Part shown: one piece after another, positions 49,211 through 63,547 of the stretch
How positions within the stretch are numbered: position 1 is the first letter of the stretch
How the letters are laid out: the number at the start of each line of letters is the position of its first letter
Assembly (NCBI RefSeq): GCF_006345805.1
Contig: NW_021832565.1
Span: 1-64,000 of the forward strand
Direction: 5' to 3'
Source: Octopus sinensis
Taxonomy: Eukaryota
DNA length: 64,000 nucleotides
The notes under the pieces: generated by a model
Database searches by the model: none
The model's input: the letters and a program-made list of their open reading frames with translations, nothing else
What the model was told of the DNA's origin: nothing
Translations under genes and position numbers: made by a program

Positions 49211-51221
49211 TATATATAACACATATATAATAAGCAACTACCATTTCATATTGCATTGTCTGGATCTACTATTCAGTGGCTTATGGCACTGTCCATGAAG
49301 CTGATAAGGCTGATAATCAATTGATTTTCAATATGAATTTGGAGGTGTGAGTGATAATACACTAAAACATGAAAAAATTAGCGAGCAGTTATTTGTTTTT
49401 CTATATCCAAGAAGGGCAAGTATGAATACCATAACTGATAGGTATACCATATTGTGAATATACCATGGCATACCATGTGTAAACCACAGTTTATAGAACA
49501 AATTGAAACAAAAATCAGAGTATCTTGTAGGTGAGACCAAGTAGACAGACCAAAGTACTGTTAGTGAAATTTGTTATATTTAGGATTTTGAAGACATTTA
49601 TTATTCATTAAGAATTTGGAAACAAAATGTGTCTGATATATGTTTTTTAGCATATTTTAAAGATTTATAGAACTCGTACTGAAATCCATTGATGGAAAGA
49701 CAGATTTCCTTCAAAAGTGAAAGCTTGTTTGTTAAAAATATCTTCACCAGTTAATGTTAATTCTTATACTTTCTGTACGAATAAAGAACTGAAGCAATAT
49801 TGATACAAGGAGCATGTCCATGAGAAGCAATTTAACTAACAAGCTGTAATACAACTGTCTAATATCATTCATTTCGCCAGATTCTTATGTGATAACACTG
49901 GATCATTCACCAACTGTTTGTGTTAATTTTGTGATCTCACAAAAGAAAACTTCTGCTTTCCTTGTTTTATTATTAATAATGCTTATGCATAAGAAAATTA
50001 CATACAATTTTCAAGATGTTCAAATTTTAGCATGGATTATTGAAAACCTTAAGTTGTCTTTCTTAAAAATCTGTGATGCATATACATACCTGTTATGGCA
50101 TATCACTGCACTGTAATTTCTTGATTTTCTTATAATGGTAGCAAAATCTCCCCAAAATATTATCATATTACAAAAAAAACAAAAAAAAAAAAAAAAAAAA
50201 AAACAAGGACAATGTGATCCTTGATATCAAAAAAACAATGAGATATCAAAATTGGATTACTCTTGATCATAAATCTGTTTGACCAGAGTTGACCTGGAGT
50301 TAACCCTTTAGCATTCAGATTACTCTGTCAAATGCAATACTTATTTATTCCCATTGTTTTAATTATCACAAATTATTGAGCTTTCAATGATGTGATTGTT
50401 TATTTTTAGGATGACATTATAGAGAAGATGTGAGAAGCTAGATCAGGACAATTTGAACATTTGTGTTGGAAATGTCAAGGTTAAAAGCTAGACATAAACT
50501 CTTCTAGAAATAATGGATTGAAATAATCAGTTTACAGCATCAAGCACAGATTTCTTGTAAACTGTCATAAGACATCGAATCTATGTTCCATTTAGACAGT
50601 TGAGATGCATCAAATAGAGGGCTGAGATATATTTCTATGTCTTAATACCTACCAAAAATTAAGATTTATGGTAATTAGGAAATGATTTTATTATTTAATT
50701 GAAATAAACGTTAAAGTCTATAGTAGTGTCACAGTCAATGGAAGGAGAAATATAGAAAGGATACTGAATTAATAGTTATTTGTTTGGAAATAACTATGTT
50801 GCAGAGCTGGAGAAGAAACTATGCCTTGGCCTTGGGTCCTCAATCTCCAATGATATCAATGGAGTGCTTTCAGCCAGTCAACATTTAGCATGCATCAGCT
50901 ATTTTAGACCTGGCAGAGTCATTCTTCTCTAGGTCTTATACTAGAAGCAATTTCTTCCAGAGAAAATAAAAGCAGAAAGAGAAAGACAAAAACACAACAA
51001 CAGTGTTGGACTGGTATTTTATTTGCTGATCCCAGAAATGACAAAAGGCAAAAATGATATCAGAGTGATTTGAACCCAAAATGCAGAAAGCTAAATTTAA
51101 ATTGCAAGAAATTCTATCCAACTCTATAATGACTCTGCCAACATGATATCTTTTAGGAGTTGATATAGATTGTTGAATAGCCACAATCAGCATTGCTAAA
51201 ACATACCTATATAATCGTCAT

Positions 51222-51600
51222 GGTACTCCATCAGTTATGGTGACAAGGGTTCCAGTTGATCCAATCAATGGAACAGCCTGCTCATGAAATTAACATGCAA
51301 GTGGCTGAGCATTCCACAGACACGTGTACCCTTAACATAGTTCCCAGAGAGATTCAGCATGACACAGAGTGTGTTGAGGCTGGTTCTTTGAAATACAGGT
51401 ACAACAGAAACAGGAAGAAAGAGTGAGAGAAAGTTGTGGTGAAAGAGTACAGTAGGGTTTGTCACCACCCCACTGCTGGAGTGTCATGGTGCTTTAGGTG
51501 TTTCCACTCAGTAAATACCCTCAAAACCCAGTCTGGGAATTGAAACCATGATCCTACAACTGCGAGTCCACTGCCCTAACCACTGGGTCATTGCACCTCC
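51222..51600 (-). mobile_element. SINE family D, older copy
   Basis: Diverged reverse complement of 23510. Confidence 0.88.
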
Positions 51601-53189
51601 TCTTATATAATACATAGAAGTTGAAATGTTTTGGAACCATAACCAATAAGTCAAACACAATAAGTCAATGCCTTGTTTCAGGTTTGTCTGTTGTTACATT
51701 ACACACTCATTCAGAATTTCATTGAGTGGGATGTTGACTGGTGTTCGGAGATATTTTACAACCATTTTGTTTAATAGCATGGTTTGCTGTGTCAATAGTA
51801 ATTGTAGTACAATTTTGTATAATGTGTCATGATGAAAGCAAGACCTAATCTAGCAAAATTCATTTTCTTTCAACATTATCAAATGAAATGGTTATGATTC
51901 TTCACATGATTAAAAAGATTATGGTGGTTGTGGTGGTGGTGGTGCAGATGTTGGTAGTAGTAGGGATTTTTCTGGTGGTAATGAATACTTGGTATTTCAG
52001 AGAAGTGGGGTTTATAGATTTTTTTCCCCACCACTTTTTCATTCTTGGCATAATGCATTTTTGTAAAGCATAGTATTATCTCGTGAAAATTATTTTATTT
52101 GCCTTTCGTGTATTCATGTTGGTGATTTGTAAAAATTCCCAATGCCCTATTAGATTCAGTAAATCTAATCACGAAGGATAACTCCATCAATTTATCAAAT
52201 CATAAAGCAAGATTATTGCTGAACTTTTCTACTGGATATCGCCTTTGTTAAAATAAATAAAATAAATAAATACAAAAAGAAAAACGAAATAAAGAATTAT
52301 AAATCAGTGTAAATATATCCACTTCTTTCACTGAGTGGATGTAAAAAAAAATATCCTTTTCTTTTTTTATTTTTTTATTTGCTTCAGAAATATGTAATTT
52401 TAGGCAGTGCTACATTTCTTTAGGGAGATATCTATCCCATGCAAATAACTAAGAATTTATGACTTCGAATTTTTATGTGGTTTCTGATTTCAAACTCATG
52501 ATACACTACATTGCCTTTTTCTGATGCAGACACTAACAAATCACAGATAAGTTCCTGTAAAATGGTTGTTTTAAATGATGTAAACATGCTTAAATAATTC
52601 TTTTAATTTTCTCTCATATATCCAAAAACCCTTGAGTATAATAAACTAATTCTGAATCTAACAAATTGGTAATAATTCTAGATCAGTGCAAGCTTTGTAA
52701 ATGAGCCTACATTTCACCAAATATTGTCTTTTTAGATATTAACACTTGAAAGTTTTAAAAAAAAGAAGAGGAATTAAATGAAAACAAACAATAAATATTC
52801 TGTTTTCCTAAGAACTTTTAGTATTTTATGAAAGACAAAAAGAAAGTTCTAACTCTGAAGATACAATATTGATGCTCATTCTTTAATATTTTGCCAAGCT
52901 AAGGTGGGGAGCTGATAGAATCATTAGCATGTTGGGTGAAATGCTTAACGGCATTTCATCCATCTTTACATTCAGAGTTCAAATTTTGCTGAGGTGCCAT
53001 GCAGTAGGTTTGAACCCAGAACCATATAGTTGGGAAACCAGCTTCTTACCACACAGCCACGTCTCTGCCTATCCATCGATGCAATGAGTTCAAATCCACC
53101 TATTATTGACTTAGTTTTTACTTTTCGTGCGTGTCAATAAAATAAGAACAAGTGGTGGGGTTGATTTATTTCACAGCATCAACCTCACT

Positions 53190-53348
53190 ACAATACTGGA
53201 GCACTGCCTTTAGTCGAGCAAATCGACCCCAGGATTTATTCTTTGTAAGCCTAGTACTTATTCTATCAGTCTCTTTTGCTGAACTGCTAAGTTACCGGGG
53301 ATGTAAACACACCAGCATCGGTTGTCAAGCAATGTTGGAGGGACAAAC

Positions 53349-53418
<70 letters not shown>

Positions 53419-53750
53419 CATACTTACTTGGAAGTGAATGCATGGCATTCGATCATCTAATAACTAAATAATATATAAACATATGCATATACACCTACAT
53501 ATAGTACATACCTACATCTATATATGCATATATGGGTACAGTACACCAAAAAAAAGTTGAATACAATGAGAGACGAAAACATACGATGGGCTTCTTTCAG
53601 TTTCCATCTACTAAATCCACTCACAAGGCTTTGGTCAGCCTGAGGCTATAGTAGAAGACACTTGCCCAAAGTGCCACACAGTGGGACTGAATCCGGAACC
53701 ATGTGGTTGGTAAGCAAGCTACTTTCCACATAGCCACTCCTGCGCCTATA
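53190..53750 (-). mobile_element. SINE family A pieces (53190-53345, 53585-53750) separated by microsatellite
   Basis: Tail-side and head-side fragments; a further head fragment lies at ~53000-53065. Confidence 0.8.
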
Positions 53751-54939
53751 TAATTTACTATTATTAGAATGGAGTTTCTATCCCTTAGAGAATTTTTTCC
53801 CCTTTAAGGCTTATTTTGATATCTTACTAAATCAATAAAATTCTTCCTCCATCATGTTAGTTTTAATTTTCAGAATTTTATTGTTAAGGCTTAGCCACAG
53901 GTCATCTGTAAATGAGCAGACTTATAATAGAAATTCCTCCTTTTAGGGGTATGTCAGACTACTTCTGTCGATATGTCGTTTCTTTTTTCAAGTCAACTTG
54001 CAAAATATCTTAGAGGAACATTAGTCACCTTAAAGTCAGCAGCTTCAGAGAGCCTCTGAAAGCTATAGATACAGTCCTTATCTTCTGACCAAACTAATAA
54101 AAATAAGTGTGCTATCATAGACTAAATCAAGTTTGATACTTGATTCTTTCAGCTTACAACTTAACAGAGGAGTTCTTTATCCAATCTTTATGGAGCAACT
54201 GTAATAAATATGTGTCTGTTTACTGTTTACTCCAGTGAATTAATCAGATGAAAACCCACATGATTCAGATGAACTGAATTCTTCAATCAAATAAACACTC
54301 ACGAATGAATATATGAAATCATAGATTTTCCTTAAATACTGGTAGATTGCAATATCAGGTACAATTATAAGAATTCTTCATTATTTTAGTGATGCAGACA
54401 TGAAATTGAAAATGAGAAGCTTCACAGCTAGAATCAGGATAAATAGAGCAGGAATTATCCAATTACATCTGTCACTATTCATAAATGGGTTGGAAAACTT
54501 AAGCAAAACAAAAGACTAGCTTTCTTTTATCTAACACTAAGCATAGATAATTTCACTCGACAAACATTTATGATAAACAAACTGTAAAAGATGAACTGAC
54601 TTCCTTCAATAACCAATGATAGAATCTTTTAGATTTCTTTCGTAATTGTCTGACATTTCCTGACAGTTTCAATATGATTATTTCTCCATTGAGAATATTG
54701 CCAATAATAATGAAATAAAGCCCCCAACTGATCATCTTTCTCCAAAGTCAGAGAAATTCATTCCTTTCAATGTAATTCAATATTTTCTAGTCTGAAATTT
54801 GAAGTCTAAAATGTCTAACTCCCAAAGCTGGAAGACGATGTTATAAATTATTAATTTTTTGAAACAACTTCATAGAAATAAATTTTTAATTTTTAACATT
54901 TTCTCTATCTTTTATCTTTCATTTTTTTTTTATCTTTGT

Positions 54940-55245
54940 CCTTTAATTGTTTCAGTCATTAGACTGCAGCCATGCTGGGACACTACCATGAAGAATTGTG
55001 GGTAAGTAGCTTGCTTACCAACCACATGGTCCTGGGCTCAGTCCCACTGCATGGCACCATGGACGTCTTCTACTATAGCCTCCGGCCGACCAAAGCCTTG
55101 TGAGTGGATTTGGTAGATGGAAACTGAAAGAAGCCCGTCGTATATATGTGCGTATATATATATATATATATGTATGTATGTGTGTGTATATGTTTGTGTG
55201 TGTTTGTCCCCCCAACATCGTTTGACAACCGATGCTGGTGTGTGT
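54940..55245 (-). mobile_element. SINE family A fragments
   Basis: Tail at 54940-54985, head and body at 55000-55245. Confidence 0.8.
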
Positions 55246-55246
55246 C

Positions 55247-55990
55247 TTCCTTGACTTTTTTTGAGAGGTGATTTAGCATGTCCAAGTCATCTCTGATATT
55301 GCTATTGATGTGTTTAAGGAAGGGTTTTCAATAGGATGTCCATAAATAGACTTAGCTTGTGTGTTTCACAGGCTGGGCCAGCTATAATGGCTCACAATTT
55401 TAGGTTTGGTGTATGCATATATGTCATTGGTGATTTTTTATGGTTTCATTTATAATCTGGCTTTTGTGGATTTTTGGTAGACCATACATAAGTTTAGGTT
55501 TGCGTTTAAAATTTGTTGAATAGTTGATTTCTTTTGTTGTTAGTTCTTTTCCATGAATTTTAATTAGTGAGGATGGGGTTTTCATTATTTTTTGGTGGTG
55601 CTCTCATTCAGCATAGAGATTACTAGATTTTTTATAGTATAATGTGTCCATTATTACTACTGCACTTCCTTTATTTGCTTCCTTAATTGTTATATCTTCA
55701 TTATTTTGAAGTTCTGTTAGTTCCTTCCATTGTGTAGTGCTAAAGTTTGAGATAATTGTCTGTTTATGCATGGTGAGGCAGGGGAAGTTCTCAATGTGGT
55801 TGCAAAATTCATCAAGATTTTTATTTCTTCCTTTATGGAGGATGTGTTCACCTTTGTTTTTGACTAGTGAGTTATCTTCAGTATTGTAACTGGTTAATGC
55901 TTCTGTGAGTTTTAATTTTCTACAGAATTCTATTATACCGGCCTTCACTTCATTTTGGTTGGCTCTTCGTGGTGTTGGGGGTGAATTTTA
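55247..55990 (-). mobile_element. Penelope-like element reverse-transcriptase N-terminal remnant
   Basis: ELTELQNNEDITIKEANKGSAVVIMD (IK.ADKG.AVVIM-like), then across frameshifts MYGLPKIHKS, PIIAGPACETHKLS, NIRDDLDMLNHL. Confidence 0.88.
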
Positions 55991-56221
55991 ACCCTTTTCA
56001 GAGGATGTCTATCTTTGTGCTTGTACATCACACCAAAGCAAAGAGATAACACAATATTGGTCAAGAAATTTGAGAAATTTTAAAAGAAAAAACGAAACCA
56101 GTTATTTCTCCAAAAACAATGTCACTATACACAACATTTTATCATATTTTCCTAATATGATAATTTTAATATACTATGTAACCATATAATACAAGTCTTC
56201 TGTAGGTTTTTCATTCTATTT

Positions 56222-56285
<64 letters not shown>

Positions 56286-56324
56286 CATACATACATGAAT
56301 ATTATATACACATATATGTATATT

Positions 56325-56360
<36 letters not shown>

Positions 56361-56912
56361 CATACATATTTTTATATACATATACTTATATTATATATAT
56401 ATAATATATATATATAAATATATAAATAAATATATATATATGTATATATATATATACATACATACATACACATATATCATATACATACATGCATATATAT
56501 ATATATATATATACATATATATAAAACTTAGATAAAACTTAGATATGTTTCAACCATAGATTGGACCAGGCTAAGTCTAACTTAATACCACGTTTTTGAC
56601 TCCTATTTCTAGCAATGCTGGTACTATCTCTGTACCCTTCATCATAATTATAATATAATTATAAATTTAAATTAGATTTACCTCTACAGTTATTTCATGC
56701 ATGCTAGCCACTGATATCATTATTTATTTAATAATAATATCCTTTATATATATAGCATATGAAAGACAGAAGATGTGTACAAGAATTTATTATTAATCAC
56801 GACATGTATGTATATATCTGTGTATATATATACACATATACTATATACATATATATATCATATACATATATATATATATATATATCATATACATATATAT
56901 CATATACATACA

Positions 56913-56950
<38 letters not shown>

Positions 56951-57575
56951 TTATATTCTGTTAAGAACGTAGTAGAGTAGAGTATAAAGCTCAACCACCT
57001 TTAGATTTCACCCGGTGCTATCCAGCAGTAGTATTATAGGTATTGCGTAGATATATAGATAGATACATAGATAGATAGACAAACAAGCAGAGAGACAGAC
57101 AGGCAGACAGACATAGAGATAGAGAGGCCCAGCAATCCTTTAACACAAAGAACATTTCTGCTTTTAAATTCAAACAATATATTTCTTTCCGAGTCAACCC
57201 GTTACTAGATATATTTTAAACTGAACAGCACATGAAGTGTTCCGTTATTTCATTTGTAGACTTATCTGTGTGTATAAAGATGCATGCACACACACACACA
57301 AATACACACATGCATCTCTATCAAATGTTTGAATTAAACATGCTCAGAAAAACTTCAATCTCATTGTCAACAAAATTATTCAAATACTGGAACTCTGCAG
57401 TCACACCGAGTCCCTTATCCAGTTAATGTTTGCTGTTTTAATGCATATATATCACATCCCTCTATCTATCTATGTATCTATCTATCTTATCTATCAATCT
57501 ATCGATCTATTATATATATGTATGTTTATATATGTATATGCATATATATGTACATGTATACAATTATGTATATAT

Positions 57576-57710
57576 CATCATCATCATCATCATCATTTAG
57601 CGTCCGTTTTCCATGCTAGCATGGGTTGGACGGTTCAACTGGGGTCTGGGGAGCCCGAAGGCTGCACCAGGCCAGTCAGATCTGGCAGTGTTTCTACAGC
57701 TGGATGCCCT
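57576..57710 (-). mobile_element. SINE family B, 3' part
   Basis: (CAT)n ttagcgtccgttttccatgctagcatggg..ttctacagctggatgccctt. Confidence 0.8.
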
Positions 57711-57932
57711 TATATACATAAATGTATACATGTACATATATATGCATATACATATGCATGTGTATGTTTACACACACACACATATATCTATACATGTGTT
57801 TATATGAATGTACATATGTATAGATAAATGAATGCATATATATGTATACCTACTGTAAGTATATATGCATATACATATGTGTGTGTGTATGTATGTATGT
57901 ATATATATATTTGTATATATATATATATATGC

Positions 57933-57999
<67 letters not shown>

Positions 58000-58944
58000 T
58001 ATAACACATACGCATGCTCACACACACACATACACACACTCACACACACACATATATATATTCAATACAGTAGCTATCCCCTTGAGATTGAAAGCCAATA
58101 GAAATGCACACGAAGAAATAAGTTGACATATTAGTGGGTAGAATAATTAATGCTTTATTACAGTTTTGAAAAGATGTTAATAAAATGGTTAGAATTCTCA
58201 TAACCATTCAATATCCTTTGCAACATGTCAGCAAATTGCCTGAAGTTTATCTTTCTTTAATTACTCTCTGTCTCCCTTTCTGTCTTTCTCTCTCTCTCTC
58301 TCTCTGTCATACAAATATTTGTAAAGGAAACACATGTAATTACTACTCAGACAACTGTGGGAATCTTGAAACACTTGAAACACAGCAACGAAAGAATTGT
58401 TAAAGTTATTAACAGTAAAGTATAACTATAGGCAGCGAGTGCACACATAAATATTGGCCTGATCACTGAAAGAAGAAAGAAAAAAAAAAGAACCTTGAAA
58501 TGTCTTAAGAATTTTGGCACAATAGTCAAGGAAGTACCACCAAAGAATTGTGGCATTTAATTTGGCAAAGAAAATTTTACCAACAGATATTAAAAATAAA
58601 TGATTCTCCAACCACTGTATTTCCCAGTGTTGAGGTCACTCTGACTTAACGATGTAAATTAGTTTTGGTTTGAAAATTACGAAACTAAAATAAACATCAA
58701 AATTAAGATTAGAGCACTTTCATATACTTTGCAAAAACATTTTGTTAGTGGTTTAGTAACATACATCAGTGATTTTCAGCCATTTTTTTACCTATGAACA
58801 CCTTTGTTTATTATTTTATTTTAGCAGACCCCACCTCACCAACCATAGCCATTCACTGTTTGAAAACTAATTTTATACATACTCCTTTCAAAATTCCTGA
58901 TTTGTCATTCGCTCATTCACTCATTCACTCATTCACTTGCATTG

Positions 58945-59345
58945 GCACAGGAGTGGCTGTGTGGTAAGTAGTTTGCTTACCAGCCACATTGTTCTGGGTT
59001 CAGTCCCACTGCGTGAAACCTTGGGGAAATGTTTTTTACTATAGCCTCGGCCCAACAAAAGCCTTGTGACTGGATTTGGTAGATGGAAACTGAAAGAAGC
59101 CTGTTGTGTATATGTAGATATGTGTGTGTTTGTGTCTGTGTTTGTCCCCCAACATCGCTTGACAACCGATGCTGGTGTGTTTACATCCCCATAACTTAGC
59201 AGTTCAGCAAATGAGACCAATAGAATAAGTACTAGGCTTACAAAAGAATAGGTCCTGGGGTCTATTTGCTCGACTAAAGGTGGTGCTCCAGTATGGCCAC
59301 AGTCAAATGACTGAAACAAGTAAAAGAATAAAAGAATAAAAGAAT
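58945..59345 (+). mobile_element. Full-length SINE family A
   Basis: Complete head to (AAAAGAAT)n tail. Confidence 0.92.
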
Positions 59346-59948
59346 TTGTAAAACATTAAAGAAAGAAAACTAATTGTTTCTTGCAATGCACACCTTTAAA
59401 TCAAAACTTTTCTTGGACCCTTAAAATGCTACTGTAGATCCTCAATTTACTATTTTGCTAATCTTAAATGGACCCTTGTTGAAAACCATGGATATAGATC
59501 CCATTGATCACTTATAATATGCATTTTTCATTTACTTTTACAGAAACATGGCAAGGAAGCATAGACAATTCTATTCTTAAGTTAAATTTGGATTATGAAA
59601 AGCTCTAATCCTCATCTTCTCGTATAGTAACTAAATTTTTTTGAGACTTATTTTTGAAGTTGAGGATTGGTATCCTTGATGCCAGGAAAAATATGGTAAC
59701 TATAAATTTAGACATTTTTAACTGCAAGGCTCTCCATTAAAATATATATATATATATATCTGCAATTGTTTTATTCAGTTTTTGAATTTATTAAATTTCA
59801 TTTTGGTATCAGCTTGTTGAAGTATCAACGATAAGGAACCTACTTTGTAACTTCTGTTTGCAATTAGGTGGTCTAGCCTAATGGGGGTGGGTTCTTTATC
59901 AGGCACAAAGCACCCGCAACACCACCTTATTGATTTAGCTATAATTAA

Positions 59949-60137
59949 CCCCTTTAGCATTTAAACCAGCTATATTTGACCAAAATTTTCAACCTGTTAT
60001 ATTTTTAAACCAACCAGATCATACCTCTCATACAATGTTATTTTAAAATTAAACGATCACATCATCAAATTCTTGAAGCTGCAAGGTAATGACTATATAA
60101 GCATTGTATTTGACAAAATAATCTGAATGCTAAAGGG
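59949..60137. mobile_element. piggyBac-like MITE
   Basis: TTAA|cccctttagcatt...aatgctaaaggg|TTAA. Confidence 0.85.
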
Positions 60138-60296
60138 TTAAATAAATACCACAACTAAATGACCGTTTATACACTCAGGCCCATTTGGCTGCTGTTATCT
60201 GAATTTCTGATATTCATAAGTGATTGAGAGTACAAGACTTGTCTCTGGATAGGATACAAGTCAGTTTCAGGGCTAACAACTACCAGCTATTACTTA

Positions 60297-61158
60297 CGAT
60301 GTGGTATCAAAAAGTTCTTGAACTAGTTCTGTAGCACACCAACAGATGGCAGCACACAGTTGTATGCAAAGCGAGAGCTAGCAGTGACCTCTATAAGGCG
60401 TTGTGCCAAGTGACATCACTGTGTTTACTTCACAAGTTGTGAAACTTGTGTTTTCGTGATCATGTGTTTACTGTAGTCTGCAATTTTTGTCATGGACAGG
60501 AATAAACAGCTAACGTGAAATTTTGTGTTAAACTTGGGAAATCTGCTACAGAGACATTGAGCATGCTTTGGCAAGATTACAATGATGAGGCAATAGGTCG
60601 TTTCAAGTGGCACAGGTGCATGAGAGAGCCACAGCTCAATCAAGAGCATGCTCATTGTTTTTTTGACATCCATGATACTGTGCTTAGAGAATTCATCCCC
60701 TAGAGTCAGACTGCTAATTGAGAGTTCTACTGTGACGTTTTGAAGTGTTTGAGGAAGAGCATTCAGTGAAAGCAAACAGATCTGTGGAGCATGAAAAATT
60801 GGATTCTTCACAATGACATAATGGAGCTCTCCTCATTCACAAGTTTCTCCCCCCCCCCCCCAAAAAAAAATTGTATCACATCTGCACCTGCCCTATTCAC
60901 CAGATCACTCAAAGTGAAAATGCAGCTGAATGGTTACTGCTTTAATACTGTTGTTGAGATCAGAGGTAAATCGCAGAAGGTCCTTGACTCGCTTATGGAA
61001 AATGCCTTCCAGGCCGAATTCCAAAAGTGGCAGGAATGCTGGGACAAGTGTATTATCGTGCAAGGTGATTATTTCGTAGGAGATGATATAAAAACTTCGG
61101 TAAATAAGTTATTTTTTATTCAACATAACTAGCATGGGAACTTTTTGATACCATCTCG
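60297..61158 (+). mobile_element. Internally deleted mariner with both TIRs and TA TSD
   Basis: TA|cgatgtggtatcaaaaagttc...gaactttttgataccatctcg|TA; translation KFCVKLGKSATETLSML, EFYCDVLKCL, WILHND, FQKWQECWDKCIIVQGDYF. Confidence 0.93.
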
Positions 61159-61683
61159 TATGTTCATTGTGGCTGAGTAGACTGTGAAATAAAGTGCTTT
61201 GTTCAAAGCCCATTTGGTTCAGGTATTGAATTTATCACCTTACAAATGTGAGTGCCATACCCTAGGATATGCACCTTCTCCAGTTCATAAATACCAAAGT
61301 TTACTCACTTTCTCATTCATTGACACATATGCACCTTAACTGATTCGCTAATTTAATTATTCATGGATTAACTAATTCAGTGACACATACTTAGTTACTT
61401 GCTCAGGCTTTCACATATTCACTTGTTCATGCTTATACTCTCTCAAAGCCCACAATTTTTGGTTTAGATCTCAATTAGCTCATTTTCTTTATTGCAGCTT
61501 TACAGATTTCTGATAACTGTTTCTTTTCCTTGTGTTGTATTGGAGAATGGTGCAAGCATAGTTGTTGTTATTAAGATGTTGGCTATGCAACCACAAATTT
61601 ATGGGTTCAATTATAGCACACAGTACCTTGATCAAATGCCTGCTAGCACAGCTTTAGGTTGACTGATAATGTGTGAGTAGAGT

Positions 61684-62050
61684 GTGGAGGTGTGCGGCTT
61701 AGTGGTTGGGAAGTTGGATTCATGATTGTAAGATTGTGGTTTCAATTTCTGGACCGGGCGACATGTGTTCTTGAGCGAAACACTTCATTTCACATTGCTC
61801 CAGTCCACTCAGCTGGCAAAAATGAGTAATCCTGCAATGGACCAGCATCTCGTCCAGGTGGAGTTAGGGTTAGGGTTAGGGTTATATAAACACCACAAAA
61901 CCAGGAAACATGTTGCGTTCTTGAGCAAAACACTTCATTTCACATTGCTACAGTCCACTCAGCTGGCAAAAATGAGTAATCCTGCGATGGACCAGCATCT
62001 CATCCAAGTGGGGAATATAAACACCACAAAACCAAGAAACCAGCCCTTGG
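61684..62050 (+). mobile_element. tRNA-headed SINE with a ~150-bp internal tandem duplication; first unit contains (TTAGGG)3
   Basis: Units ~61765-61910 and ~61915-62045; telomeric hexamers at 61864-61881. Confidence 0.82.
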
Positions 62051-62315
62051 GACTTGAGAAGGTAAATTTGTTTTTGTGAATAGAATATGTTAGATGGAAA
62101 CTATACAAAAGTCTGTTGTGTCAGTGTATGTGTTGGAAGGCAGAGGAGGCTACATACTCTAATTACTGACAATATGTAATGTGCTGAATTTAGTTGTAGG
62201 TTTACCATTTGCAGTCTCATCTAGCATTATTTGCACTGTCTCATTAATAACAATTCTTAATGAGCTGAACTCAGCACTCTATTTACTCTATTTACTATGT
62301 TCTCAACAAACACTG

Positions 62316-63547
62316 TGTGATGTGTTCCAGAAGTTTTGAACCTGAATATGATCCCTTTGACAGTGATCCCAAATTATTGTTTTATTTGATTGACTTATTA
62401 CATTATTTACTTATATTGGGATTTCCACTTCAGAAGCAATAGAAAATTTAAGTAATTGATGATGACCAACAAATATCAGAATCAGAAATTGAGAAATTAC
62501 TGTTATTGGATTTTCGACTCTGGAGATGATTGCTTTGTAGAAAATCTATGATTGCATATAAATATGTACCATGAGGACTGTACTTCATATGCAATGGTCA
62601 CACATTGGACTGCCAATAGAGATTACATGGTTTCAAATCACAGTCAGGATGGCCTGTAGAAGTAACTTTTGAGGAAAAGTTCACTGCTGTTGAGTGTTTT
62701 ATAAAGGAAGATCAATAAATGATGGTGCGTGAGACACTTCACATCATGGGACATGGTTTGGCAATGATTGACTAAATCATTTATGATTGTTTGAACACAT
62801 GAAAGGTATTTGTTCATTGGGTGCCATGAATACTGATACTGGAAATAAAATACAGCAGAGTTCAATGTTCTGATAAAAATCTCATGCTCATGTGAGAGAA
62901 CTGGGTTCTGTTTAGGTTGCAGTCTGTAATGTGGGTAGGGGGAGTGATGAAACATAGATCCATCACCATGACTCTATGATGAAAGAAGAATCCAAGCACC
63001 GGAAAAACAACAATTCTTTAACACCAAAGAAATTCACAGTTAGGCCTAATGTAGAACAGGACATGTTGCAATTTTCTATGAACTTGTGGTGTAGGGTTAA
63101 CTACATGTGACACAAGGCATCAGTCACAGGTAACAGAGTTACTATAGGTATCTTGTGTAATTATATCAAGACAAAGTGCCATGGAATTCTGAGTGCTGAC
63201 AGGTCACATGTGAAAAGTTATCATACCAGGTCTATTTATCAGACTTTGCTTTATGTGATATCCACCTGCTTCCAGATTTGGAGCACCGTTTGGAGGGAGG
63301 GCAGGCAGTTTTCCTGTGATGAGTAACTGCAGTTGGCAACAGAATAATGGTTGGTTGAACAGGACAAAAAGCACTATTTAAATGGCATTGAGCAGCTGTG
63401 CAAGAAGTACATAAACTGTATAGAAGTTAGCAAAATAAAAGTCAACAAAATAAAATAAAAGCATTTGTCTAAAAACTACTGAAGTATTCTTTCCCTGTTG
63501 TCATGTCATTAAGTATGTTGTGCTCAAAGCCTTTGAAACACCCTTCA
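62316..63547 (+). mobile_element. Old, near-full-length mariner remnant
   Basis: HEDCTSYAMVTHW, SGWPVEVT, KVFVHWVP, SDET*IHHHD, DFALCDIHLL, YLNGIEQLCKKYINCIE; degenerate TIR-like ends. Confidence 0.82.

Noticed and set aside
55604-55948. 114-aa ORF as a host gene
   Set aside because: Motifs and frameshifted continuation identify a Penelope-like RT remnant.
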